Shown one piece after another: positions 28,852 to 37,325 of a stretch of DNA of 64,000 bases. The DNA is from Gemmatimonadota bacterium (GTDB taxonomy: Bacteria > Gemmatimonadota > Gemmatimonadetes > Gemmatimonadales > GWC2-71-9). Position 1 is the stretch's first letter. Each line of letters opens with the position of its first letter. Position numbers and translations under genes: made by a program. The notes beneath the pieces are model-generated. The model was given only the letters and a program-made list of their open reading frames with translations. It ran no database searches and was not told the origin of the DNA. The DNA is taken from assembly GCA_041498715.1 (NCBI GenBank), contig JBGQIW010000001.1, positions 13,554 to 77,553 of the forward strand. The letters run 5' to 3'.

Positions 28852-31647
28852 TCACTGGTTGAACGTAGCCTGATTGTAGTCGAACTTGAGATCCGGGAGG
28901 GCGATCAGGAAGATCGAGAAATACACCGCGAAGTTCCCGTTGGCGTTCCGGGTGAAGTTGAACTGGGCGCGCCAGTCGTGCAGATCGCGCTGCAGCGCTA
29001 CAGTCTGCGACTCGAACCGGCTGTCGGTCAGGTTGTACTGGGCGTTCCACTGGAGCGTCCAGAACCGAGTGGGGGAGATCCCGGTCGTGAGGTTGAGGTT
29101 CTTCTGGGAGGGGACCGCGGGCTGGCCCGGGATCGGGCGGGTGCGGCTCAACGTGTAGCTGATGTTGAGCGCAAACGGCCGATTGGGTAACGACACCTGG
29201 TTCGCGCTGAAGAACGTCGTGGGTCGTCCGCCCTGAGCGTCGTACGGCTGCTGGGACTGACCCGTCGTCAGCCCCTGCGTGGCCGTCCGTTGTCCACCCC
29301 CATGGACCAGCCCGAACAGGGAGCCGATCGCCCGGAACGTGTTTCCCGTCAGGGTGAAGTTGGTCTGCAGGCTCGTGAGGAACGGGTCGAACTTCGCCGT
29401 GTCGGTCCCGACGACCCCCCGCCAGAGATCGTGCGTGACCCGCAGGTTGAACCCGGGCAAGAGGTCGGTCAGGAAGCTGTTGGAGAGCGTCTGAGCCGTC
29501 CAGCCGGTGCGGCCCGGCTCCTTGGCCTGCTCGAAGTCGTAGGTCAGCGCGCTGGTACTGATGCTGAGCAGCTTGATCTTCTTCGCGGTGTTCCCCGTCG
29601 TGTCTCCCGGCTGCGGCTTGGTCTTGCCCTCGAACGTATTGTTGAGCCCGATGCTGAGCGTCTGCGTCGGCGGAATCCGGATCTGCGGTATCTGGCCGGG
29701 CGGCGTGATGGCGTTGGCGAAGGCCTGCGAGATCGAGGCTGCCGGGGAGTAGCTGAACTGGATCAGCGGGGCGAACGAATGCCGGATCCGCGCCAGCGGC
29801 CCGAAGCCGGGATAGAACGCGAAGAGTGTCGGGCTCGAGGAGAGGCTGAAGTTGAATTTCTTGCCCTGAATGACCCAGGCCCCGCCGGTCTGCCGATCGC
29901 GGATGGCGAACGTCTGCCCGGTCTTGTTGGTGATGCCCACCGACGGGGTGATGCGCCAGCTGCGTTGGAAGAGGATCGGCAGGTTGATGCCGGTCTGCCA
30001 GTCGAACGTGGTGGCGAAATCGCCCGGGAAGAATTGGGCGACGGTCACCGAGTCGGCCGGGTTCACCAGGCCGGGCGCGAGGAACGAGATCGCCTGCCGT
30101 TGGGTGGTGGTCCGATCTACGAACGCGATCGAATTCTGCCAGCTGAAGCTGCCGATGCGGAGCGGGGTCGCGAGGTTGAACGCGGTATTCCGGGTGCTCC
30201 CCACCTGCGGCACCGTGTCAATCGTGCCGTTGGGCTGCGTGATCAGCAGATTGCCGCTGGGTGTGTTCGCGGTGAGGTCGTTGGTGAGGCTCAGGTTTGG
30301 CGACCAGGTGACGTTCCGCCCGATGTCGATCGGCTTGGGCGAGATCGTGAGGGCGGGCAGCTCGCTGGACGAGCTGCCGTCGGACAGGCTCTGCCGCCGG
30401 TTACCGCCGAGATTGAGCAGGCCCCAGCGGAACCGCTTCTGAAAGCTCACGGCACTGTTGACCTGCTGGGTGTTCTGCAGCGGGTTGAGCGCGTTCTGCA
30501 GCAGGACGACGGAGTTGCTGACGTAGTTGATGTCGAACGTGAGGTTGGTGCTCAGATTGAACTGCTGGTGGTGGTCCCACTTGAGACTGGTGCCGCTCCC
30601 CCCGCCGCTCTCGAACTGACGGCTGATCTCGAACGAGCCGCCCATGAACCGGTCGAGCACGTTGTACTGCATGCTCGTACCAATCTGGACATAGCGGCTG
30701 GAAAACCAGTCGAGCCGGAACGTGAGATCCATGTAGTCGCTGGTCGCCCAGTAGTAGCCGACGTTGCTGATCTGGCGCTGATACGAGCTGGACGGCCGGA
30801 TGATGTCACTGAAGCCGAACTGGGGCACGAGAATGCCCGAGTGCCGGCCGGGCCGGATGTCCTGGTAGATGAACGGGAGCCAGAGGATCGGGACGTCGCT
30901 CACGTAGAGCACGATCGGGCGCGCGACGAACGACTGCTTCGATACCCATTTCACCTGCCGCGCGCGGAAATGGTAATGCGGGGTCGGGAGCTCGCAGCTG
31001 GTGATGTCGCTCGCGCCCGCATAGAGCCGGGTGGCGTTCGAGTCGGCGGCGACGTTCCCACGCACCAGCCAGGTAGCCTGTCCGGTCGAGAACGTGGTGA
31101 GCGCGTTCTTGATGATGCCGCGGCTGGTGCAGGTGTTGTACTCGATGTTCGCGCCCACCAGGACCTGGCCCTTCTGGAACAGGTGGGGCTCGCCCTCCGC
31201 CTCCAGAAGGCAGCTCGTCTCCTGGTAGCGCACGGTGTCCGCCTCCAGCGTCACCCCTTCCTGCACGCTCAGCGCCTCGCCTACGAGCCGCATCCGTCGG
31301 TCGTCGGCGTAGTAGGTGGCGGAATCGGACTTGTAGCGGGTGATCTTGTAGCCGGTGCGCTTGAGCAGCTCGGTGAGCGTCGAGTCCGGGTCGGGGAAGG
31401 TGCGCGTGGGGGCTGTCGGGAGGCCGAGGAGCCGGGCGGTCGCGGTGTCGAGCGGCTGGCCCGGCCCGACTTGTCCGACGTTTGCGCTCGCGCCCGACCG
31501 GAACGCCCCGAGTCCGCCTGCCTGACCCGGCTCCTGCGCGCCCGCGGCCAGCGGCAGGAGCAGGGAGAGCCCGGCGACCACGGCCAGGACCCCGACCATG
31601 CGGGTCCCGCGCTTCCCGAGGAGCATCTCCCCGTCGCGGCGCGCCAT
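28852..31647 (-). CDS. lptD: LptD/OstA-family outer-membrane beta-barrel (LPS-assembly protein-like)
   Basis: 931-aa ORF with a signal peptide (VLAVVAGLSLLLPLAAGAQE) and an OstA-like N-domain (LVGEALSVQEGVTLEADTVRYQE). The LptD core pattern is present (TSCELPTPHYHFRARQVKW, then VPILWLPFIYQDIRPGRHSGILVPQFGFS), followed by a long beta-rich C-terminus. Alternative starts lie at 31626 and 31599. Confidence 0.72.
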   Translation of the reverse strand: MARRDGEMLLGKRGTRMVGVLAVVAGLSLLLPLAAGAQEPGQAGGLGAFRSGASANVGQVGPGQPLDTATARLLGLPTAPTRTFPDPDSTLTELLKRTGYKITRYKSDSATYYADDRRMRLVGEALSVQEGVTLEADTVRYQETSCLLEAEGEPHLFQKGQVLVGANIEYNTCTSRGIIKNALTTFSTGQATWLVRGNVAADSNATRLYAGASDITSCELPTPHYHFRARQVKWVSKQSFVARPIVLYVSDVPILWLPFIYQDIRPGRHSGILVPQFGFSDIIRPSSSYQRQISNVGYYWATSDYMDLTFRLDWFSSRYVQIGTSMQYNVLDRFMGGSFEISRQFESGGGSGTSLKWDHHQQFNLSTNLTFDINYVSNSVVLLQNALNPLQNTQQVNSAVSFQKRFRWGLLNLGGNRRQSLSDGSSSSELPALTISPKPIDIGRNVTWSPNLSLTNDLTANTPSGNLLITQPNGTIDTVPQVGSTRNTAFNLATPLRIGSFSWQNSIAFVDRTTTQRQAISFLAPGLVNPADSVTVAQFFPGDFATTFDWQTGINLPILFQRSWRITPSVGITNKTGQTFAIRDRQTGGAWVIQGKKFNFSLSSSPTLFAFYPGFGPLARIRHSFAPLIQFSYSPAASISQAFANAITPPGQIPQIRIPPTQTLSIGLNNTFEGKTKPQPGDTTGNTAKKIKLLSISTSALTYDFEQAKEPGRTGWTAQTLSNSFLTDLLPGFNLRVTHDLWRGVVGTDTAKFDPFLTSLQTNFTLTGNTFRAIGSLFGLVHGGGQRTATQGLTTGQSQQPYDAQGGRPTTFFSANQVSLPNRPFALNISYTLSRTRPIPGQPAVPSQKNLNLTTGISPTRFWTLQWNAQYNLTDSRFESQTVALQRDLHDWRAQFNFTRNANGNFAVYFSIFLIALPDLKFDYNQATFNQ

Positions 31648-31671
31648 GGCCTCTGGGCGAGGCGCCCGGAC

Positions 31672-32478
31672 CTACCGGCCGAGCGCCTTGAGACGGTCGC
31701 GGGCCAGGGCGGCCTCGCCGGACCGGGGGTACTGCTGGACCACGCGTTGGTACGCCGCTTTCGCCCCCGCCGCGTCCTTCCGCCGCTCCGCGAGCAGCCC
31801 GAGGTTGTAGAGGGCGGCCGAGGCGCGGGGAGACTGGGGATAGCGCTCGACGACCTGCTTGTAGTAGCTCGCGGCAGAATCCGGACTCTCCGCGGCAAAG
31901 CTCTGCCCCAGGAAGTAGATCGCATCCGGCACCCGCTCGCTGTTCGGATACGTCTGGAGCAGCTGTCGCAAGCCGATCCGCGCGGTCGCCATGCTGCCCC
32001 GGCGGAGCTGGGCGACGGACGCCTCGTACATCTGGTCGGCCGTGGCGGTGGGCACCGGGGCGGGCGCGGCGGGTCTGGTCGTGTCGCCCGGGGTCGGTGC
32101 GGGCGCGGGGCCCGGGCTCGTGTTGGCGACGCTGATCTCCGCCCCCCGGGCCTCGAGCTGGGTGCGGAGCTCGGTCAGCCGCTGCTGGCTCTGCCCGGCG
32201 AGCTCCTGCAGCTGGACCAGCTGCTGCTCGATGTTGTAGAGGTCCTGCTGGGTGTCACCCCGGAGCGACCGGACCGCCAGCCCCAGCGAGTCCATGATCC
32301 GCTGCTGCAGACGGATGATCTCGCCGAGCCGGACGGCGCGGGCCGAGTCCTGACGCGCGGTCTCGGCCCGCAAGAGTGCCACTTCGTTCTCCACGCGCCG
32401 GACGTCGCCGGACGTCGCGCAGGCAACCTGCCCCGCGAGCCCGGCGGCAATCAGAACGATCCAGCGCGACGACGTCAC
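31672..32478 (-). CDS. cpoB: Tol-Pal system protein CpoB/YbgF
   Basis: 268-aa ORF with a signal/anchor, an N-terminal coiled coil (VENEVALLRAE, LVQLQELAGQSQQRLTELRTQLE) and a C-terminal TPR (YPNSERVPDAIYFLGQSF, VVQQYPRSGEAALA). It lies directly after pal. Confidence 0.85.
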   Translation of the reverse strand: MTSSRWIVLIAAGLAGQVACATSGDVRRVENEVALLRAETARQDSARAVRLGEIIRLQQRIMDSLGLAVRSLRGDTQQDLYNIEQQLVQLQELAGQSQQRLTELRTQLEARGAEISVANTSPGPAPAPTPGDTTRPAAPAPVPTATADQMYEASVAQLRRGSMATARIGLRQLLQTYPNSERVPDAIYFLGQSFAAESPDSAASYYKQVVERYPQSPRASAALYNLGLLAERRKDAAGAKAAYQRVVQQYPRSGEAALARDRLKALGR

Positions 32479-33044
32479 TTGGGCGCCGCCAGGTTGTCGC
32501 CGCCGGCCGTCATCTCGAACTCGTCACGCCGGTTCTTGGCCCACGCGTCCTCGTTGTGGCCGGGATCGAGCGGCTTCTCCTTGCCGTACGACACGACCTC
32601 GAGCCGACCTTCGTCGACGCCCTTGCCGGTGAGGTAACGCTTGGCCGCCGCCGCGCGCCGGTTCCCGAGGGCGAGGTTGTATTCGTCGCTCCCGCGCTCG
32701 TCGCAGTGCCCGGCGATCCGGAGCTTCACCGCCACGTTTACGCTCAGAATCGCAGCCTTCCGGTCGAGGATGCCCTGATCGGTCGCCCGGATATCGGCCT
32801 TGTCGAACTCGAAGTGGATCAAGTCCGCCAGCTCGGTGCGGAGGGCGGCGGCCCGCGCGGCTGCGGCTTCCCGCGCACGGCGCTCGGCATCGTCGTTGGC
32901 CGGAGGCGGCGGAGGAGGCGGCGCCGCTTCCTGGGTGGGCGCGGCCTGCTGGGGGGCCGGCTGCTCCGGCGCCGGCTTCTTGCCGCAGGCCGCCAGCATG
33001 CCGGCGGCTGCGAGGAGCGTCAGGATCGACGAGGAACGCATCAT
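32475..33044 (-). CDS. pal: Peptidoglycan-associated lipoprotein Pal (OmpA family)
   Basis: I trimmed the ORF to the ATG at 33044 (MMRSSSILTLLAAAGMLAACG, lipobox LAAC). The OmpA-like C-domain reads IAGHCDERGSDEYNLALGNRRAAAAKRYL. Confidence 0.92.
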   Translation of the reverse strand: MMRSSSILTLLAAAGMLAACGKKPAPEQPAPQQAAPTQEAAPPPPPPPANDDAERRAREAAAARAAALRTELADLIHFEFDKADIRATDQGILDRKAAILSVNVAVKLRIAGHCDERGSDEYNLALGNRRAAAAKRYLTGKGVDEGRLEVVSYGKEKPLDPGHNEDAWAKNRRDEFEMTAGGDNLAAPK

Positions 33045-33055
33045 GACTCCCGGAC

Positions 33056-34354
33056 TCAAGGGTTGGGGGACACGGCGGCCCCGGCGAGCCGCCGGGACCA
33101 CGCTGGGAGCCGGGCCCAGCCCGGCGTGGAAAGCTGGCGATTCCGGCCGGTCTCGGTGTCGATCACCCACAACTGGCGCGCGCCGGTCCGATCCGAGACG
33201 AAGCAGAGGTGACGGCTGTCCGGCGCCCAGGTCGCATCCTCGTTCCGGCCCTGGGACGAGACCTGGCGGAGCTTCCGGCCGGCGACGGTGAGCACGAAGA
33301 TCTGGGGAGTGCCGGAGACTTCGCGGTGGAACACGACCGACGAGCCGTCCGGCGACCACTCCGGCGCGTAGGAGGGGCCGGTGACGCCGAAGTCGAACGG
33401 GGCGAGAAGCTCCTGCTCGGTCCCGTCGGCGCCCATCACGTACAGCTGCGGCGGGCCCGCACGGGTCGAGATGAACGCGATGCGTCTTCCATCGGCCGAA
33501 TACGTGGGGGACAAGTTGTCGGCGAAGCGACCCACGGTCAAGCGCTGCGGAGTACGGTCGCCGAGCGTCGCGGCGTAGATGTCCGTGCCCTTCTCATCCG
33601 AGCGCGCGAAGGCCACGTGCTGTCCGTCCGGCGCGAACATCGGCGTGATGTTGAGCCCGGTCTCCGTGCCCGGCAGCTGCGACACCTCGCCAGTCGCGAG
33701 CGTTTGAATGAATACGCCCCCGCGCCCCAGCACCAGCTTGGTGAACGCCATGCGCCGGCCGTCCGGCGACCAGGCGGGCGACAGCGACGTCTGACCGTCC
33801 GGCGTGAGCGCCCGGGCGGCGTACCCGTCGCTGTCCATCTCCCACACGCGGCCGTTCTGCACATAGAGGATCCGGGTCGCGGCAAAGCCGGGCGTGCCGG
33901 TCGCCCACCGGGTGATCTCGTCCGAGAGGACGTGCACGGCCAGCCGGAAGTTGGCGTCACTGGCGGGCGGGAGGGCCACGCTCTGCTGCTGCGCGAGGAC
34001 CGAGCGCCCGACGTCGTGCAGCCGGGCCGTCACCTTCCCGCCCTCGTCCAGCAACTCGACGGCGAACTCGGCGCCGAGTGCCTTGTAGAGCCCGTAGTTG
34101 ATCGGGCCGGACGCCGCACCGGGCGCGCCGTGCGGGTCGGCCACCGGGATGAGCTTGAACCGGTCGCTGTAGTCGAGATCGCGAGCCACGATCGCGCGGA
34201 CCGAGTCAAGCCCCGCGCCCGGGAGTATCACGAGACCGGGCTGCTCCCCCGGGATGTATTTGATCCCGACCCGCACGGTGTCCTGGGCCTCTACCCCGCG
34301 CGCAAGCAGCAGGGCGGCCACGGTGCCAACGCAGAGCGAAAGAAGTCGTTTCAT
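33056..34354 (-). CDS. tolB: Tol-Pal system beta-propeller protein TolB
   Basis: 432-aa ORF with a signal peptide, a TolB N-domain and repeated propeller blades (SPAWSPDGRRMAF, APDGQHVAF, YSADGRRIAF, APEWSPDGSSVVF). Confidence 0.95.
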   Translation of the reverse strand: MKRLLSLCVGTVAALLLARGVEAQDTVRVGIKYIPGEQPGLVILPGAGLDSVRAIVARDLDYSDRFKLIPVADPHGAPGAASGPINYGLYKALGAEFAVELLDEGGKVTARLHDVGRSVLAQQQSVALPPASDANFRLAVHVLSDEITRWATGTPGFAATRILYVQNGRVWEMDSDGYAARALTPDGQTSLSPAWSPDGRRMAFTKLVLGRGGVFIQTLATGEVSQLPGTETGLNITPMFAPDGQHVAFARSDEKGTDIYAATLGDRTPQRLTVGRFADNLSPTYSADGRRIAFISTRAGPPQLYVMGADGTEQELLAPFDFGVTGPSYAPEWSPDGSSVVFHREVSGTPQIFVLTVAGRKLRQVSSQGRNEDATWAPDSRHLCFVSDRTGARQLWVIDTETGRNRQLSTPGWARLPAWSRRLAGAAVSPNP

Positions 34355-35049
34355 CGAGGTCTGGGCGTGAAGTAAAACGACACCGGCAGCACGTCTGCCG
34401 GGTAGCCGTCGGGAAGCGGGCCGAACGCCCTGGCGTTGCCCGCGGCCTCGATGGCGCCCTGCGCATCGAGGTCGAATGCGAAGTTGCCAGACGAGCGGAG
34501 GAATTTGATCTCCCGCACGCTACCGTCCCGGAGGATGAGGAACGCCACCTCGGCCTGGAGGCTGGTTCCGCCGGACGGCCGGTCCCAGCGGCGATAGACT
34601 TCGGACACGATGTTCCGGAGGTACTCCGGATAGGGGAATTCGAGGCCGGGTGTCTTGACCGTCGCGATGTCGGTACCGGTGCTCGGCGTCTCGCCCGGCA
34701 GTGGTTTTTCCGGCGCCCGGGTCTTGGCCGGCGCTTCTTTTTGCTGCTGCGGTGGCGGCTTGGGCTCGGGCTTGGGAATCGCCTTGGGCGGCAGCTTGGC
34801 GGGCTGCGGCTTCAAGGGCGCCGGCTTCTCCTCGGGCGGCGTGGGGATCGCTTCCGGCGCGGCCTTCTTGAGCGTGGGCTGCGGCGCCGGGGCCGCGAGC
34901 AGCTCGACGGCGTAGCTGGGCGGCCCCGCCTTGGTGGTCGTCCGGGGCGCCGCGAGGATCAGGCCGATCGCCGCCGCGTGCAGGACCGTCGTGCCGATGA
35001 GCCCCGCGGGAACGCTGGGGCCCTCGCGCAGCTCCGCCCGCATTTTCAT
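34351..35049 (-). CDS. tolA: TolA (TonB-family energy transducer)
   Basis: 232-aa ORF with an N-terminal TM (LIGTTVLHAAAIGLILAA), a Pro/Lys-rich spacer (PKPEPKPPPQQQKEAP) and a TonB-C-like domain. Its position between tolR and tolB supports the call. Confidence 0.8.
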   Translation of the reverse strand: MKMRAELREGPSVPAGLIGTTVLHAAAIGLILAAPRTTTKAGPPSYAVELLAAPAPQPTLKKAAPEAIPTPPEEKPAPLKPQPAKLPPKAIPKPEPKPPPQQQKEAPAKTRAPEKPLPGETPSTGTDIATVKTPGLEFPYPEYLRNIVSEVYRRWDRPSGGTSLQAEVAFLILRDGSVREIKFLRSSGNFAFDLDAQGAIEAAGNARAFGPLPDGYPADVLPVSFYFTPRPR

Positions 35050-35051
35050 CC

Positions 35052-35477
35052 CTACTGTTCCTCATCGGCCGCCACGAGACCGACGTTGACGATGCCGGCC
35101 GTGCGGATGACCGCCAGGACTTTGACGACCTCACCGTAGGGCACCCGGGCGTCCGCCTGGAGGTACACCCCCTCCGGCTTCCGCTGCGACACCAGCGCCC
35201 GGAAAGTCGCGCGAAAGTCGCGGTAGGAGACCGGCGTGTTGTCGACGTACACTTTGCCGTCCCGGTTCACCGAGACGACCATGCCTTCTTTTGGCTGGAG
35301 CGGGCGCGCTTCGGCCCTCGGGAGCTCGACGTCGAGGCCGCCCTGCATGATCGGGGCCGTAATCATGAAGACGATGAGGAGCACCAGCACCACGTCGATC
35401 AGCGACGTGACGTTGATGTCGGCGTTGAAGCTGAGCTCGCCCCGCTGGCTCCCCAGTCCCCCACCAAGACTCAGCAT
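35052..35477 (-). CDS. tolR: TolR (ExbD/TolR family)
   Basis: 141-aa ORF with a single TM (LIDVVLVLLIVFMITAPI) and an ExbD periplasmic domain. Confidence 0.9.
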   Translation of the reverse strand: MLSLGGGLGSQRGELSFNADINVTSLIDVVLVLLIVFMITAPIMQGGLDVELPRAEARPLQPKEGMVVSVNRDGKVYVDNTPVSYRDFRATFRALVSQRKPEGVYLQADARVPYGEVVKVLAVIRTAGIVNVGLVAADEEQ

Positions 35478-36187
35478 CAGATCAGCCCCTCCCTGGCCAT
35501 TGTCCCGATCAGCTCGGCGGCGAAGCCCTCGAGCTCGCCCGCGAAGAGCCGGATGCGATTGACGAACAGGTTATAGGTGATGACCGCGGGGATGGCGGCG
35601 GCCAGGCCGCCGAAGGTGGCGACCAGGGCCTCGGCGACACCGGGGGCGACTGCCGCCAGGTTGCCGGAGCCCCTGCTGGAGATGCCGACGAAGGCGTTCA
35701 TGATGCCGACGACGGTGCCGAGGAGGCCCAGGAGCGGGCTCACCGAGCCGATCGTCGCGAGCCAGGGCACATAGTGGCTGAGCAGGTCCCGCTCCGCCGC
35801 CACTTCCTTCCCCAGGACCATCTTGAGCGCCTCGAGCTGGGTGGGCGTGAGCGAGTTCGCCTGGCTCGGGCGATCGTCCCGCAGGGCGCCGGGCTTGAGC
35901 TCCGAGTAGAAGGTGATCGCCTCGCGGAACAACCTGTTATACGGCGACGGGGGCTGCTTCATCACCGCGTGATACGCCTCCTGCAGGCGGGTGGCCCGCT
36001 CCATCTCGGAGAAGAAGCGGTTCGCCTGCTTGTTGAGCCGGCGGAACTGCCACCACTTCGAAACGATGATGAACCAGGAGATCAGCGAGAAGACCGCCGT
36101 GATGGCAAGGACGACCTTGGTCTCGGGGCTGGAGATGAGCACCAGATCGAGGGATGACCGCGGAATGGGGGATGCACCCTGCAGCAT
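35477..36187 (-). CDS. tolQ: TolQ (MotA/TolQ/ExbB proton channel)
   Basis: 236-aa ORF with three TM helices and the conserved C-terminal core GLLGTVVGIMNAF...APGVAEALVATFGGLAAAIPAVITYN. Confidence 0.92.
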   Translation of the reverse strand: MLQGASPIPRSSLDLVLISSPETKVVLAITAVFSLISWFIIVSKWWQFRRLNKQANRFFSEMERATRLQEAYHAVMKQPPSPYNRLFREAITFYSELKPGALRDDRPSQANSLTPTQLEALKMVLGKEVAAERDLLSHYVPWLATIGSVSPLLGLLGTVVGIMNAFVGISSRGSGNLAAVAPGVAEALVATFGGLAAAIPAVITYNLFVNRIRLFAGELEGFAAELIGTMAREGLI

Positions 36188-37137
36188 CAGCTTGCCTCCT
36201 CTCGAAACCAGGACACCAGCTCGGCCAGCCCGTCCTCGAAGCGATGCTCCGGCCGCCAGCCCAGTCGCCGGGCCGCCTTCTCCGTGTCGAGCACACTCCG
36301 CATCAGCTCGCCCGGACGCGCCGGCGCGAACTCCACCGGGACCCGCCGTCCGATCACGCCCATCACCCCCTCGGCGACGTCGAGCACGGTCCGCTCCCGC
36401 CCGGTAGCGACGTTGAACGCCGGGTCGTCGATCCCCTCACCGTGGGGGACGTCGGCGGCGGCCGCGAGCACGTTGGCGCGCGCCACATCCCGAACGAAGA
36501 CGTAGTCGCGGGTCTGCCTGCCGTCGCCGAACACGGTGAGCGGGCGGCCGGCGAGCACCCGCGAGACGAAGATCGACACCACGCCGGCCTCGGACTTGGG
36601 GTCCTGCCGCGGACCGAAGACGTTGGAGTATCGCAGGGCGACGCCTTCGAACCCGCCGAGGAGACCCAGCGCCCGCAGATAGTGCTCGCCCGCGAGCTTG
36701 CTCACGCCGTACGGGGAGATCGGGCGCTTCGCGTCGGTTTCCGGCGTCGGGAACACCGTCGTCTCACCGTAGACCACACCGCCGCTCGAGGCGAACACGA
36801 CCCGCTTCACCCCGCCCTCCGCGGCGCCCTCGAGCAGGTTCACGAAGCCGACCAGGTTGATCGCCGCGTCGAGGGCGGGCTGGTCCACCGAGACGCGCAC
36901 GTCGATCTGCGCTGCGTGGTGATTCAGCACGTCGTAGCCGCCCTCGGCCAGCGTCTGCCGCGCCTCGGGCGAGCGGATGTCGGCCCGCACAAACCGCGCG
37001 CGCTTGGGGATGTTGCGCTCGTGGCCACGAGAGAGGTCGTCCAGTACCGTGACCTCCCACTCCTGGGCGAGCAGCGCCTCGGCGATATGCGACCCGATGA
37101 ACCCGGCCCCACCCGTCACCAGCGCTCGTCCGCTCAT
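36187..37137 (-). CDS. NAD-dependent epimerase/dehydratase (GalE-like UDP-hexose 4-epimerase)
   Basis: Rossmann motif VTGGAGFIGSH and catalytic SPYGVSK (YxxxK), plus RYSNVFGPRQ. The stop shares 1 nt with the tolQ ATG. The track start is a GTG at 37149; I prefer the ATG at 37137 (MSGRALVTGG). Confidence 0.82.
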   Translation of the reverse strand: MSGRALVTGGAGFIGSHIAEALLAQEWEVTVLDDLSRGHERNIPKRARFVRADIRSPEARQTLAEGGYDVLNHHAAQIDVRVSVDQPALDAAINLVGFVNLLEGAAEGGVKRVVFASSGGVVYGETTVFPTPETDAKRPISPYGVSKLAGEHYLRALGLLGGFEGVALRYSNVFGPRQDPKSEAGVVSIFVSRVLAGRPLTVFGDGRQTRDYVFVRDVARANVLAAAADVPHGEGIDDPAFNVATGRERTVLDVAEGVMGVIGRRVPVEFAPARPGELMRSVLDTEKAARRLGWRPEHRFEDGLAELVSWFREEAS

Positions 37138-37257
37138 GCCCGCATGCACTCCCCCCGGTCTGATGGCCCGCGCTGGCTTGCCCGCCCCTCACGCTCGAAT
37201 TGCTTCGCAATATAGAAAGCGTTGGCGCAGAAGGAACTGCGTGAGCGACCCCAATCC

Positions 37258-37298
37258 GGAAAAGCGAGCGGCGCCGGGCCCCTGGAGGCACCGGCGCC
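37258..37298 (-). terminator. Rho-independent terminator candidate after the LysM gene
   Basis: On the minus strand, GGCGCCGG (37298-37291), a 13-nt loop and CCGGCGCC (37277-37270) are followed by GCTCGCTTTTCC. The element starts 28 nt after the stop at 37326. Confidence 0.45.
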
Positions 37299-37325
37299 GC
37301 GGCCGCCGCTTCGGCCGGACCGAGG

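Noticed and set aside
34600-34900. Repetitive Pro/Lys/Ala-coding DNA in tolA, and similar Pro/Ala tracts in ftsK (12300-12500), pal (32880-32990) and the TPR proteins.
   Set aside because: These are low-complexity linker-coding sequences typical of TonB/TolA/FtsK spacers. They are not discrete repeat elements or mobile DNA.
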